Assembly (NCBI GenBank): GCA_003427395.1 | Contig: BFEA01000031.1 | Coordinates: 4,667,157-4,731,156 of the forward strand | Direction of reading: 5' to 3' | From: Chara braunii | Taxonomy: Eukaryota > Plantae > Charophyceae | DNA: 64,000 nt | Part shown: piece after piece, positions 14,344 through 26,600 of the stretch | How the letters are laid out: every line of letters starts with the position of its first letter | How positions within the stretch are numbered: position 1 is the first letter of the stretch | Position numbers and translations under genes: made by a program | Notes under the pieces: generated by a model | The model's database searches: none | What the model saw: only the letters and a program-made list of their open reading frames with translations | Told to the model about the DNA's origin: nothing

Positions 14344-14997
14344 TTACCTACCAACATCGCAAATCGCCAAAGCTAGTCTAGCTCTGATAGAGGAGATGTG
14401 TCTATGGGAGAAACCAAAAGGTGGACGTAAACCTCTCCCCAAACAGGAAGCGGACATCAACATGAACACCCCACAACTAGCCCCGTCGTGCTGTCGAGGG
14501 ACACCTTTTACGCTGACCTCGCGAGCGAAGTGGTCGAAAGTGCGACTATCACCGGCGGCACCTGCCACCGTGTTCAAAAATTTAACAGATTTATCTAAAA
14601 GTGCGGAGTAGAAGTCATCTTTGGATGACGAACACGAGAAAGAATCATAGATTTCCAAAACACGTCTAGAGAAGTCAATGGCCAAAAGGCTCCTGTGTTC
14701 GCCATCCTTGTACACTGGTGCCAAGACGAGGTCATGAGACAGGAGGTCCACATCTTTAGCCCATCTGCAAAAAGCTGTCGGACCTCGCAGAAGTAGGGTA
14801 GAGGCGAAGAAAAAGTTGAAGGTGTATGTCTTCTTGGTAGCAGCAGTCCGACCGCAGTCGTCCAGTAGCATCGCCATGTAGAAATTGACAACCTCATCGT
14901 TGAGCTCCCCGGATCCATCCACGAGTGCGACGATGTCCTTGACGGAAACCTGTAAATTGTGCGACGGCAAACGCGCGACGATGATAGTGAGCGGCAA
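14344..14997 (-). CDS. Ulp1/SENP-type SUMO protease domain (peptidase C48), transposon cargo; true start uncertain
   Basis: LNDEVVNFY, W.KDVDL, LAPV...EH(R)SLLAID, IYDS, PRQHDGASCGVF. His/Asp/Gln/Cys catalytic residues are present; the usual HW is HR. Confidence 0.88.
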   Translation of the reverse strand: MPLTIIVARLPSHNLQVSVKDIVALVDGSGELNDEVVNFYMAMLLDDCGRTAATKKTYTFNFFFASTLLLRGPTAFCRWAKDVDLLSHDLVLAPVYKDGEHRSLLAIDFSRRVLEIYDSFSCSSSKDDFYSALLDKSVKFLNTVAGAAGDSRTFDHFAREVSVKGVPRQHDGASCGVFMLMSASCLGRGLRPPFGFSHRHISSIRARLALAICDVGR

Positions 14998-15636
14998 CCA
15001 AGAGCAGATAACGTCTTCAAGGACTGCTCTTCCATCTCGAGGAAACCCTGTTCAACAAACACCCGCAGCACACAGCACGCACAAAGGATGGGGCACTATG
15101 AGAAAATGCCATCCTAGCGGCCATGGTCCGACGAACCGCTACTCTGTGGCCCGAAAAGTTCACGCATAACGTCACCCCTACTTCTGGACCTTCCACACAC
15201 AGTTGATTCTAAACTAGCACTGTCGTTCCTTATATCCCTGCAAGCCTCGAGAAGGAATTCCTTGCAGTCTTTTTCGGCAACACCCACTGCCTCTGCAACG
15301 AGTCTAGCACGAGGGCCCAATACGGGCACGACAACCCTTCTGGGAGGGCCCCGAGGTTTAGTCTCCCAAGGAAACGAATCAGTGACATTGCGACGACCAG
15401 TGCCTCCTGCAACTAGGACTGACAACCTGGCGAGGGCAGGTGGCTCCTGCGACATGTGTGTTTGTCCACGAGCTCGTCGACCTGTACAAGAAATAGCCAC
15501 CCAGACAGTTCAGCTGGAGATCAACAACACCACTTCGCAAGAGCAACCAAGCAAACAGCACCTCACGAAGCACATCGTCAAATCAAGTTGGCGGCTGCGT
15601 ACACACCTCCCCGAAACCGACGAACCAAACAACACT

Positions 15637-16875
15637 TCACGAACGGGCTGACGAGCGGAAAGCAAGCAGAGGAAGACAGTGCTTACCAGGCTTAGCTTCA
15701 ACGTCACCAGAGCCCACCAATGGCAGCCCCAGCACGATTGGCGCCCCCGTGCGTGTCGACGCGGCGACGACGTGCTCCAAACTCACAAGGAAACTTGACA
15801 GGTTCGAGATGTCGGCGTCGATGACCGGAGACGGCATGAATTCATCCCCATCCCGATGGCAGAAATCCTCCAAGTCCGCGACGGGCAATTTTAGTCTGTC
15901 CTTCTCCGGACAAAGAACGTCGACGTCCACAACATGGACAGGTTGGGTTTTCTCTGTCGCCACTGTGTCGCATTGTGTTGTGCGCAAGGTCCCATGGATG
16001 TCCAACAACACCTCTCCCCCCCTTAACTTCTTATCCTCGTGCGCAGTATCTTTATCGTCGTCACTGAAATAGAGAAATCTATCTTCAACAGCATCAGAGG
16101 ACTTCTTCATAACGTCCTCTCCCATCGCCTCGTCGTGAAGGCCGGAGTACAAGGGGTCGTCGTATGCCGGTTGAACTGGTTGCTCCATCCCGACGTCACT
16201 CAGTGTCGGATCAATCCGGTCGTCAACGGAATCGTCCTTGTCCAAAGTCGTCAGAAGTCGACAACCGTCAAGTCCTTCGTCCGTGTGTCTCAGATGAATC
16301 CGAATTACGATCGTCTCCAAACCTGCATCAGGGAGGGACATGCTCACAAGGCCCTGATTCGGATTCATCCGAGCCACCGCAGTTTCCAACGGCGACGATG
16401 TGTCCGCTTTCACCGGAGAACCGCTTAAGACTGCTAACTCAGCGAGTACCGTCACCAGGCATTCGGCCCCGAGTGTGCGGGGCTCGACTTTGAAATTGGT
16501 CGCTAACTCACCCTCAGTCGGACAATCTGCCTGCAGCTCCTTGTGGACTTCCATGCACAGCATTACGACGTCCTGACACCGGTCGTCTCTCATGGCAGAC
16601 ACGTCCTCCTGGTTCGGACGAATCCGAATTTCGCCGCCAGGGTTTTCTGAAACCCGGACCACCCGTTCGAGTTCCGCAGACCGCTGTGCTCTCTCAACGG
16701 TACTGGCTTCCTGGTTCAGATTAATCCGAACTTCCTTTTGAGGCGAAACCGAACATGGTTGGAGCTTGTCGCTGCTAGATCCGTGGTATGTTGTCGTCTC
16801 GCTTCCCGGAAGGCACTGAGTTCCGAACGACGATGTCGTCTCCGAGGTTCGGATAGATCCGAGACAATCGACCAA
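15637..16875 (-). CDS. Acidic hypothetical protein, possibly the N-terminal part of the Ulp1 gene
   Basis: 412-codon open frame on the same strand upstream of Ulp1. Contains several palindrome-derived RINLN/RMNPN/RIDP peptides. Confidence 0.35.
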   Translation of the reverse strand: MVDCLGSIRTSETTSSFGTQCLPGSETTTYHGSSSDKLQPCSVSPQKEVRINLNQEASTVERAQRSAELERVVRVSENPGGEIRIRPNQEDVSAMRDDRCQDVVMLCMEVHKELQADCPTEGELATNFKVEPRTLGAECLVTVLAELAVLSGSPVKADTSSPLETAVARMNPNQGLVSMSLPDAGLETIVIRIHLRHTDEGLDGCRLLTTLDKDDSVDDRIDPTLSDVGMEQPVQPAYDDPLYSGLHDEAMGEDVMKKSSDAVEDRFLYFSDDDKDTAHEDKKLRGGEVLLDIHGTLRTTQCDTVATEKTQPVHVVDVDVLCPEKDRLKLPVADLEDFCHRDGDEFMPSPVIDADISNLSSFLVSLEHVVAASTRTGAPIVLGLPLVGSGDVEAKPGKHCLPLLAFRSSARS

Positions 16876-17262
16876 CCAATTTTGGAGCTGAGCGAAGCAA
16901 ATTCCATTCTTTGCTACAACTGCCCCGCCAACAGCATCGGTATACTATGTTACGCTGGTGGAGCTAATCACAGGGTCCTGCTCGCCAGGCCGTGTAATCC
17001 ACCCAGGCCTGAAGTCGTTCCCCGTCTCCATTGAGGTGTTGCCTGTCACCGCCAGAACCCCACCGTCCTCGTCGCGGTCGACATCGGACCCCTGCCCGTC
17101 TCCTCTGTGATGCTTTATCTTCTCTCCGCTGCGAGGCTTTTTCTTCTCCCAGCTGCCCTTTTTCCCCTCTCCGCCGCCTGCGTGCCCCGGAGACCGCTGT
17201 TTCGTTGAACGCTGTTCACTTCCACCTCCGGTACCTCGTTACCCGCCGCCTTCACCATCCCC

Positions 17263-20200
17263 TTAGCCGTCCTTTCCGCGAGACTTGCGCTTCACAACTC
17301 CTGCCGGCGGGGTGCCCGCAGGCAACTCCCAACTCACTTGCTTAATTGACGGGCTTGACGGAAGGGCGTAGAACGTGGAGGACACTTCCAACCATTTATT
17401 TGACTGCAATAAATCGAACAGCGTGTCCCTGTATTCGCGCAGAGCAGGGTCGTCCTTACTTCGTCGATTGACCTCACTTAATCTCTCCAAAACCGCATCG
17501 TAGGCGCGAGATTTGAATGTCTCGAGGTCCCAACGATCGTCATATATCCACCCTCCACTTACGTCCCTCACAACCACTGTCCATTCGCCGTCGAGAAGGA
17601 CTGGCTGGAAATGGTCTGGGTGTCACACGATATCATGGCCCCAATCTTCGGCTCTGGAGAAGGTGTGTTTGTCGCTAATGTGGAAGGGAGTCGCAGGAGC
17701 CTTGAGATGCGGATGGTCCGGAGGAACTGGATGACCGGGTCAAAGACGTTCGGGCTGCGGTGTGAGACGAATAGGCTCCCCCGGCGAACTCCTCTAACGG
17801 GACAACCCACCCCTCTTGATAGGCGTTGAGGAGGACACGGGCGTGGGGCCGCCCGAGGTGGGTCCCCGGTTTGCATACGGACGACGACTCAAAAACTTGG
17901 GCGTTGAAGATGGCCAATTGCCCGTCCAAATCGAAGAGGTCGTCCTCAACGCTCTCCTCCTGCTCAGTCTCGATATTGAAGTCGTGCTCCTCACCAAATG
18001 CCAGCTTGTAGTTATCCAAAGTGCAGTCGGCCGGATCGACAACATCCTCGTTAAAAAATATATATTCCAGCCTCTTAATGAAGCTCACAGCGCCGGCCCG
18101 ACTCGCTCCGTGGTAGCCCTGGAGGACCGCAATGGCGACTTCCTTCCGCACCACGTACTGCGGGTCAAATCTCAACCTTGGTTGTTTGCCGTAAAGGAAG
18201 GAGTCGACCTGGCGCTATTTCTTCGGAGTCAACTTGAAGAACATGTTCTTGTTTGGGTCATAAACGGGCTCGACCACGACATGGTGGAAATCACATGGGT
18301 AAGCCTTGGACGACACTTCATAGGTGACATACTGCACAGTGTATTCGAGCTGCGTTGTGTCCCCATCCACGGCCAAGACGTGCCTTCCCTGCTGAAGCAG
18401 ACTCCACACCACCTGCGAGTGCGGCTTGCCGAAGAACAGCACGGCATCCGCCACACCACAGAAAAAAAAAAGTTGATTGCATAACTGATTCGGATTTCGC
18501 TCGCCGTCCTTGTACAGAGCCCCCCTCTGGGTGAGGTTTCCGATGTCCGCGAAAGTCAAGGACTTGAAAGACTAATCCTCCACATCCGTGGGTGTCACTT
18601 TCTGTTTCCTATGGAGAGCGGCGACGTCGTCTTCAGCAACAGCTCCCTCGTACACCAGGTGAGTCAGTAGCCAAGGATCCTCGCCTTTGAAAAGGATGTG
18701 CATCACATCCGGCTCCTCCCAGACGCTGTTTCCGAATTGATGGGTCTTATTCGCTGCCGTCTTCCGGACCCACTTACCCGTGTAGCATTGGGTAGCCCCA
18801 AGTGCAGACAAAGTTGTCATGAAGGAGAGGTTCCACAGGCAAGGAACGAATACCACCAATGTCCAGTAGTCATGAGAAACGAAGCCCAGCAACTCACTCA
18901 GAGACGCGAATGCCCCAAAGTCCCATTGTGCACGGTCCACAGTTCCGCACAAGTCGAGCACGCAAGTGTGGGAGCGTAGCTGATGCCCTAGTTTTCCCAG
19001 CGCCTCCTTATGATCTATGGCATTCAATGGGTCGACGTTAAACTGAGCCAGCGTTGTCAAGGTGCTTATCCTCGTCCACATAATGTTGATGCATTCATCA
19101 ACGCCCCGAGGGTTTTTTTTGCCTTTGGCGCGAGTTCCAGTGATCACCGAAACGACGACACGCTTCCACTCCGCCGGGAAATGCTGGTCGTTGACGAGGG
19201 CCACCGTTCTCTTGATGTTGTTGTCGTGTTGACACCCGAGAAACTGAGGGCACTTGTTGACGTATGTGGTGTCCGTGAAAAATTTCCTGCTCTCGTTCCA
19301 AAGCTTGTCATCGAGACCTTTGTCCTTAAACTCTTCCAACAGTTGCTTCTTGGACCTGAAGAACGTGGAGTTGGCATTCCACTCCCGCTTATCCATTTCC
19401 TTGTACTTGAACTCCACGTAGTGCCACAGCCTCAGCATAATCCCGTCCATTTTTATTACGTCGACCATCTCCTTGACACTGAACTTCCCCTGCTCGGCCA
19501 ACTTCTTGCTACTCGTTTGAACCCACACGACGTTAAGGTTCAAGACGCCGTTCAACAACCTTTTCTTCTTGCGGTCCGTCAAGTCCACCAATTCCTTCAA
19601 GCAGTGGACATTCGGCTCAGGAACTTGGACGTAGAAAGTTTTCTCCTCCGCGCCTTTCTTTGGCTTCCCCTTGCCCTTTTTCAACGACGGGTCATCCACC
19701 TTCACGTACCAGACATGTTTCTTCAGCCCCTGACTGTCAGTCACAGTGGAGAGTCCTGGATTGGCCACCTCCCCAAAGGTGGGCGGCTTTTTAGTCCAAC
19801 GCCAGTCGTCGGAAGCAAGGAGTTTCCCTTTCGACCACTCCTCATAGAACTTCTCTCCCAAAGCGAAGACGGAGTCATCTGCCATGGCGAGCGGGAGGTA
19901 ATCTCGAAGTTTCTCAGCCCATTCCTTTCTTTTTTTTTTCTTCCGTTGACAGGTTCCACAAAGGCGTGTACGGTGTCTTCTTCATAGCCAATGCCATAAA
20001 CTGCACCCACTTTCGCACCTCGTCCTTTTTTTTCGACGCATTGCCGAGCACCACACGCGGTTTGCCCTTAATTTTCCAGATATTGCGAATGCCCCGCATA
20101 GACAAAACCTGCAAGCGCAGTGGATTCTTCTTGTCTTTCATGTTGTCTTCGCAGCTGACATGGGCGTAGCCGTCGAACTCGTCGTCATGGAAGTAGATCG

Positions 20201-21627
20201 GTCTGAACGACCATTTATAGAAGTTATAGTACTCAAACACGGGATGGTCTTTCACCTTCATCGCCGCCCTCTCGTTATGCTGTCCACACACAGGATAATA
20301 CCAGTATTTCTCCGACTGTAAGCTGTCGAATTCAGCAAGCAGCACACGCACAGCAGGCTCGCCGTTCTCTGGAGGCGCGACGATCGGAGCGAGAACGAAA
20401 ATGGGCTTCGTGTATCTCATGTCTTTACGTTCGTAGTAGTCGATCATAGCCGACGCGATGGTATCAACGAGGAACTCGTCCAATGATCGGTGGTTGTACG
20501 CGTCTTCCCAGTCTGGAATAGCTCATATTCTTTCGGGATGGATGTGCAACACGACGTCCTTCTGCACCCCTGTCTGCATCTCGAGGAAGAACGTATTGTC
20601 GAGGTTAAAGGCGTTGAGGTTAATCTCCACGTCGTCATCTCCCTCCCCGTTGTCGCCCTCATCTGCTTTCTTCCCCCTCGATGATTTCGACCCTTTCACG
20701 GAAGACTCCTCGGTTCTCTGATGTGTCGACGAGTCTTTTGGCGTTTCATCCCCACCTCCAACCCTTTTCCTCTTCTCAACGGAACCGCCCCTGCTCGGAC
20801 ACCTCCTCACCGGCGACGTTCCCACTTGCTTCTCGTTCCTGGCTCAACTCCGTCTGCAGTTGCGCAGGCGCAGGTCCGGCTCGGCGAGTCGTCTCATCTG
20901 ACCCAGGCACCTCTCGAACCTGCGGACCACCCGCGCGATCTCCAGGCGAAACCTCGGCCACCTGCATGCCACGAACGAACGAACCGATCCTTTCGACCAG
21001 ACCACGAGGAGTCGTCAATTCTGAGCCCTGTCACAATCGTTTCCCATCGCCGCCTCCACGTGGAGTCGACTCCCCAAGCAAACCTTGGCGGCGAGATCCA
21101 TGCAAGCCTGGTTTCGAAGGAGGACGCTGATGGTCGTCCTCTGAGTCGTCTGACATGCCCACCTCTTGATCAGGAGGCGTAGCAGGCAGGCCACCCTGAC
21201 CTCCCATCCCCCTTTCAGAGCACTCTCCTCCCGCAAACCCAACAGGACCACTGATCGATGTCCCAGGTCCGACGTCCACGACACTGTCAGAGGTACAAGA
21301 TCTTGCCCAGACCTCGAGGAAGTCTGTCACGTGAACGGTCTCGTCGTGCCCCGGCGCTAGCGGGACAAAGTACGACAAAGACATCGCACGCAGGCCGTAC
21401 CCGCCGAACATCCTCCCGGCAACCTTGCATCCCTTTGCGATGTCGTCGACGGAACCATCACTTCTGTAATGCTTCTTCAACGTAAACTTGAAATTGTATT
21501 TGCCAACATCGACCCACTGGACGATGGACCCTGCGAGACGCGTTCTGTCGGCGCGAACGGCGACGAACAAGAGCGGCCCGCACGGTGGTTGCAACGGGTC
21601 AGAGCCGTCCTGGCTCGCCCAGTCCAA
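17263..21627 (-). pseudogene. Large (~1400 codon) disrupted cargo gene with ParB/DGQHR-like and degenerate N6/N4 DNA-methyltransferase-like segments
   Basis: ORFs 20523-20825 and 19914-20483 are in frame across a stop. A poly-A frameshift at ~19930 leads into 18572-19885, then 18215-18559 and 17675-18175 in frame across stops. Motifs: HRSLDEFLVDTIASAM and YYPVCGQHNERAA (ParB-like); GKWVRK..EPDVMHILFKG and ERNPNQL..DAVLFFGK..GRHVLAVDGD (beta-class MTase-like). Confidence 0.6.
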
Positions 21628-24446
21628 ATACCAGACACGTTTGCTGTAGTCGCATCACAAGTTTGAAGCCCGTCGTTCTTCATCCCCACCGCCACCTCCC
21701 CGACTCGTTTCCCTTGTCGGCGATGACGTCGTCCCTCGACGCTCCTCTCCATGCGGGGCGGAACCACCAGCGGAGCGGCTTCGTCCGTGTGTAGTCATTC
21801 CCTGAAACACATGGAGGAAATGAACCCACATGCACTCAATACAGTCAGCACGTCCCAACATCAACCACGACCCAGAGCACGTATTCTGTTATCGGTCACC
21901 CGGACCCCAAAACAACGAAGTTCAGTCATAGTTAGACGAGAGTGGTCCCCATGCCTGCACGTTTCGGATGAATCCGAGGCATCGTGAGCCATCCTCGTCA
22001 CGATGCCCTTAAGAGAACGAATGGTCGAAAACGAAGACCGCGGGATAGATCAGATACATCCGAAGCAGGCGCAGTCGAAAAACCGATGTCGCATAGGCAC
22101 CTGCACCGGGAAATGCAATACCTCGCAAGAAGGCACTAGAACGCTGAAACAACAGACCAAGACGTGCACGCCGTGGTGATACGGTGTCATCCAAAGTCGA
22201 CAAGCGGATTGTAAAGCTCGCCGGTGTAGTTCGGATGCATCTGAGCTCCAAAGTGGTGTGGACGACCCCCTTGTGGCCCGGACCAAACCGAACTCGAGTT
22301 TTCTTGTCCTTCTGAGTCGGTAACGGTTGTGACTCGGATGCATCCGAATTCGAACAGCGAGGTCCAGAGACGGTCGTCCACAAGAGGTCGCCATCTACAG
22401 CACGTGTTTTCGCCATCGACCTGTGAGCACTGGGTTAGCCCTATCCTGCCGGATGTTTGGTTCGGTTGAACCTGAACTTCGCAAATGTGGCTCAGATTAA
22501 TCAGAGACCGGGACCGGCGGATGGACCCGACGGTCTATTGATGCCCATCCAGCTGTCCAAGCTTCCATTATTCCCCAACATTCCTTGGGTCCAGTCGAAT
22601 TTTGCACAGTGTGTCATCGTCCTTGAGTGTTTAAGACGGGTGTGACTCGGATTTATCCTGTTTCGACAAGGGCTGTCCCGATACGTGCGACCACGACAGG
22701 CTGCGCCGACACCGTGTGCTTTCGTCGTACAAGTTTATCAGACTGTGCGACGTCATCAATACCCTCTGTGCATGTGGTGAATCCGCACAAGCCATTGGTG
22801 TGGTTTAGATTAATCCGACTTTGCCGAGGCGCTTCGGTTTGTTGTCGCCCCACCACACACCGGACCTCCCCGCGATTGCCGTAGTGTGTCATTATAATCT
22901 GTGCGTCATCACGGGGGATGTCGTCGTCCTCGTGAGTTTTAGTTGGTTGTTGCTCGCCCAATCCAAACAACATACACGTTTGCTGTAGTCACAGCACAAG
23001 TTTCGAGCTCGTCTTTCTTCCACCCGAGCGTCACCATCTCGACTCGTTTTGGTTGCATGAATCCGAGGCATCGTTAACCCTCGTCATCAGACTGCCCTTC
23101 GTAGAGCGAATGGTCGAAGACGAAGACAGCGGGGGAGTTCGGACACATCCGAACTGGGCAGAGTCGAAAGACCGACGTTGTTACTCGGATGCATCCGAAT
23201 TAGCACAATGCGAGACAGAAACAGCCGACCACAAGAGGAGGCCATCGGCATGGCATGTTTTTCTCAATGACCTGTGAGCATAGGGTGGACCCTATCCTGT
23301 CGGAGGTGTGGTTCGGATTAATCCGAGACAGGGACCGGTGGATGGACGGCACGGTCTGTTGACAGCGTGTGATTTCGTCCTTCACGTTTATCAGGACGTG
23401 CGACGTCGTAAATACCATCTGAGCATGTGACAAATCCAAATTTGCCGTCGGTGTGGTTCGGATTAATCCGAACATCGCCTATGTGCCTCGGTTAGTGGTC
23501 GCCCCGTGAGTTTTAGTGGGTTGTGGCTCGGATGCAACNGAAATTAACAAGGGTGGCTCGGATACGTTAGTTGTTGCGCCACCATAAGATGGTATGGACA
23601 GAGTGGGCTATCGTCCTCCTGGTTGGTCAGACATGTCGCCGTCGACAATACCCTATGAGCATCTGATCGCTCCGTGTCCTGTCCTGTGTCCACGTCAGCG
23701 GAAGGGTTCCTCGCGGCGTTCGGTTGACGCGAGGTTTAATAGGGTTTAAAGATTTGAATTCACGTTCGCGTCCTGTGTCGTCGGATCTATGGTAGCAGTC
23801 TTCGGATTACTGATCTGTGATTGCACTAAGGGGGGACCAACCTAAAATCGGTTGAGCGACTGTCTACGATACACAAAGATTGGAGAAAGGCAGAAAACAC
23901 GCATAGACACGGAAGGGAGACTAAGATCGATAGAGCATGGGCAGCGAGAGAGCCTGTCTTTATCTCTTTGTCTCTCCATGTGCAGATCCTGTGGATGGTG
24001 CTCTCCATTTCGGAATTCGCAATGTGACCTACTAATAAAACTGCGCAAAAGAAATATAAGAAACAATTGTTCGTGTGTGCGAGAGGAAGAGTGACGAAAA
24101 ATGTGAAAAAATCGACGAATGTGGAGGACAATCTACGGATACAGAACTAAACGCCGAGCGAACTGCACGACGCGACTTACGCGGGAAAACGAATAAACAA
24201 ACCGAACAAATAAAAATTAATTCGGCGAGAAGAAAGTCCATGTGCAATCCAGAAGAGACATGATTCGTGAGAAACCATGTTTTCGTGTTCGACAACATAC
24301 GACTAAAATCCTTATATCGCAGTTCGTGAGAGAGACAACAAATTGACGACAAGTGAGTAACACTTCAATAAAACATTTGAAGTGATAACACAATCTCGAA
24401 GGGCGTGTCACAACATTCTCGGGCTACATTCGCGGGTCCTGTTTTG

Positions 24447-25515
24447 TTGGTGACCACTCGCCCCGATCAGATGGCACACTCGCACGTCCACGTGTGAGCT
24501 CCTGAACATGCGTGGCCACGCTAATGGATGCGGGGCTCAATTTGACAACATTCCATTGTCGCATAGAGCCCCGCATCCATCAGCGTGGCCACACTTGTTC
24601 AGGACGTGACACGTGGACGTCTGAGTGTGCCATCTGATCGGAGCGAGTGATCGCCAATGAAACGCATGCATTCTTGCTCTCGAAACTCCTTCATCTCGCC
24701 CCGATTAGATGGCACACTCACACGTCCACATGTCGAGTCCTGAACATGCGTGGCCTCGCTGATGGGTGTGTTGCTCTATTGGACAACATTCTGCAGCCGC
24801 ATAGAGCCTCGCATCCATCTGCGTGCACACGCTTGTACAGGAACTGACACGTGGACGTTTGAGTGTGCCATCTGATCGGGGCGAGTGGTCGCCAATGGAA
24901 CGAGATCCGCAAACGCACCCCGAGGTAACTTCGAGAAAGAAACAGGCCAACGCATAAGACGGACGAAATAGAGGCGCTGAAGACAAACTAACGACGGGGA
25001 CGAAGATGGTAGTTGAACACGACGGCACACACGTCCACGTGTCAAGTCCTGATCATGCGTGGCCACGCTGATGGGTGCGGGGCTCTATTCGACAACATTC
25101 TGTTGCTGCATAGAGCCCCGCATCCATCAGCGTGCCGACGCTAGTTCAGGACCTAACATGTGGACGTGTGAGTGTGCCATCTGATCGGGGCTAGTGGTCG
25201 CGAATGGAACGAGATCCCCAAACGCACCCCGAGGTAAGTTCGGGAAAGAAACAGGCCAACGCATAGGCCGAACGAAATAGAGGCACTGAAGAGAAACTAA
25301 CGACGGGGACGAAGATGGTAGTTGAACACGACGGCACACATATCCACGTGTCAAGTCCTGATCATGTGTGGCCACTCTGATGGGTGCGGGGTTCTATTCG
25401 ACAACATTCTGTTGCCGCATAGAGCCCCGCATCCATCAGCGTGCCCACGCTTGTTCAGGACCTGCCACGTGGACGTGTAAGTGTGCCATCCAATCGGGGC
25501 GAGTGGTCACCAATG
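24447..25515. repeat. Array of four long fold-back (inverted repeat) units
   Basis: Each unit has an arm ...GATCAGATGGCACACTC..ACGTCCACGTGT..GATGCGGGGCTC and its reverse complement around a ~20-nt loop. Units 2-4 repeat with ~310-bp period. Confidence 0.85.
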
Positions 25516-26016
25516 GAACTAGATTCGCGAAAGCAGGCTGACGCAAAAGACGAACGACATAAAGGCACTGATAGAAAACTAACGACGGGGACGATGATGG
25601 TGGTGGAACACGACGCTATTGGTTATGTCTCGTTCGTTTGTCTGCGCTTGTCATTTACGTTCGCAAACTTTGTGCGAGCGACACAGACAAGCGCAGTAAA
25701 ACGAACGAGATAAAAGACAGAAAGAGAGATAAATAGATGGCGAGAGAGAGAGAGCGCGACAGAGAGGCGATCTCCGCCTTCATCACATGGCCCAATCAAA
25801 CGTCACGATCAAATGACCCCGAACGTCACCCCGATCACACATCGGATTCACGGAGAGAAATCCCTGTTAGATCACACAACACTGCTCGTTCGCGGCAACT
25901 GAACCCAATGTAATCGCCAGTGCGCGAATCCCAACTACAGATCACGTACATGTGTGGGCATTCTGACAGTCTACGCAAACCCAGCATGGCAGGACTTTTC
26001 AGGTCGGTGGAGATGG

Positions 26017-26075
26017 CGAGAGAAAGAGAGACAAAGAGAGAGAGGGAAAGAGAGGGAGGGAGAGAGAGAGAGAGG

Positions 26076-26154
<79 letters not shown>

Positions 26155-26434
26155 NNNNNNNNNNNNNNNNNNNNNNNNNNNNNNNNNNNNNNNNNNNNNN
26201 NNNNNNNNNNNNNNNNNNNNNNNNNNNNNNNNNNNNNNNNNNNNNNNNNNNNNNNNNNNNNNNNNNNNNNNNNNNNNNNNNNNNNNNNNNNNNNNNNNNN
26301 NNNNNNNNNNNNNNNNNNNNNNNNNNNNNNNNNNNNNNNNNNNNNNNNNNNNNNNNNNNNNNNNNNNNNNNNNNNNNNNNNNNNNNNNNNNNNNNNNNNN
26401 NNNNNNNNNNNNNNNNNNNNNNNNNNNNNNNNNN

Positions 26435-26518
<84 letters not shown>

Positions 26519-26600
26519 AAAGAGAGAGATAGAGCCAAATAGAGAGAGAGACAGGGAGAGTCAGACAAAGAGAGATGAGAAAGGGAGATAGAATGAGAGA
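26017..26600. repeat. (GA)n microsatellite spanning assembly gap 26155-26433
   Basis: Visible runs either side of the N run. Confidence 0.95.

Noticed and set aside
24447-25515. CRISPR-like repeat-spacer array
   Set aside because: Units are ~200 bp, the spacers are copies of each other, there are no cas genes, and the context is eukaryotic.
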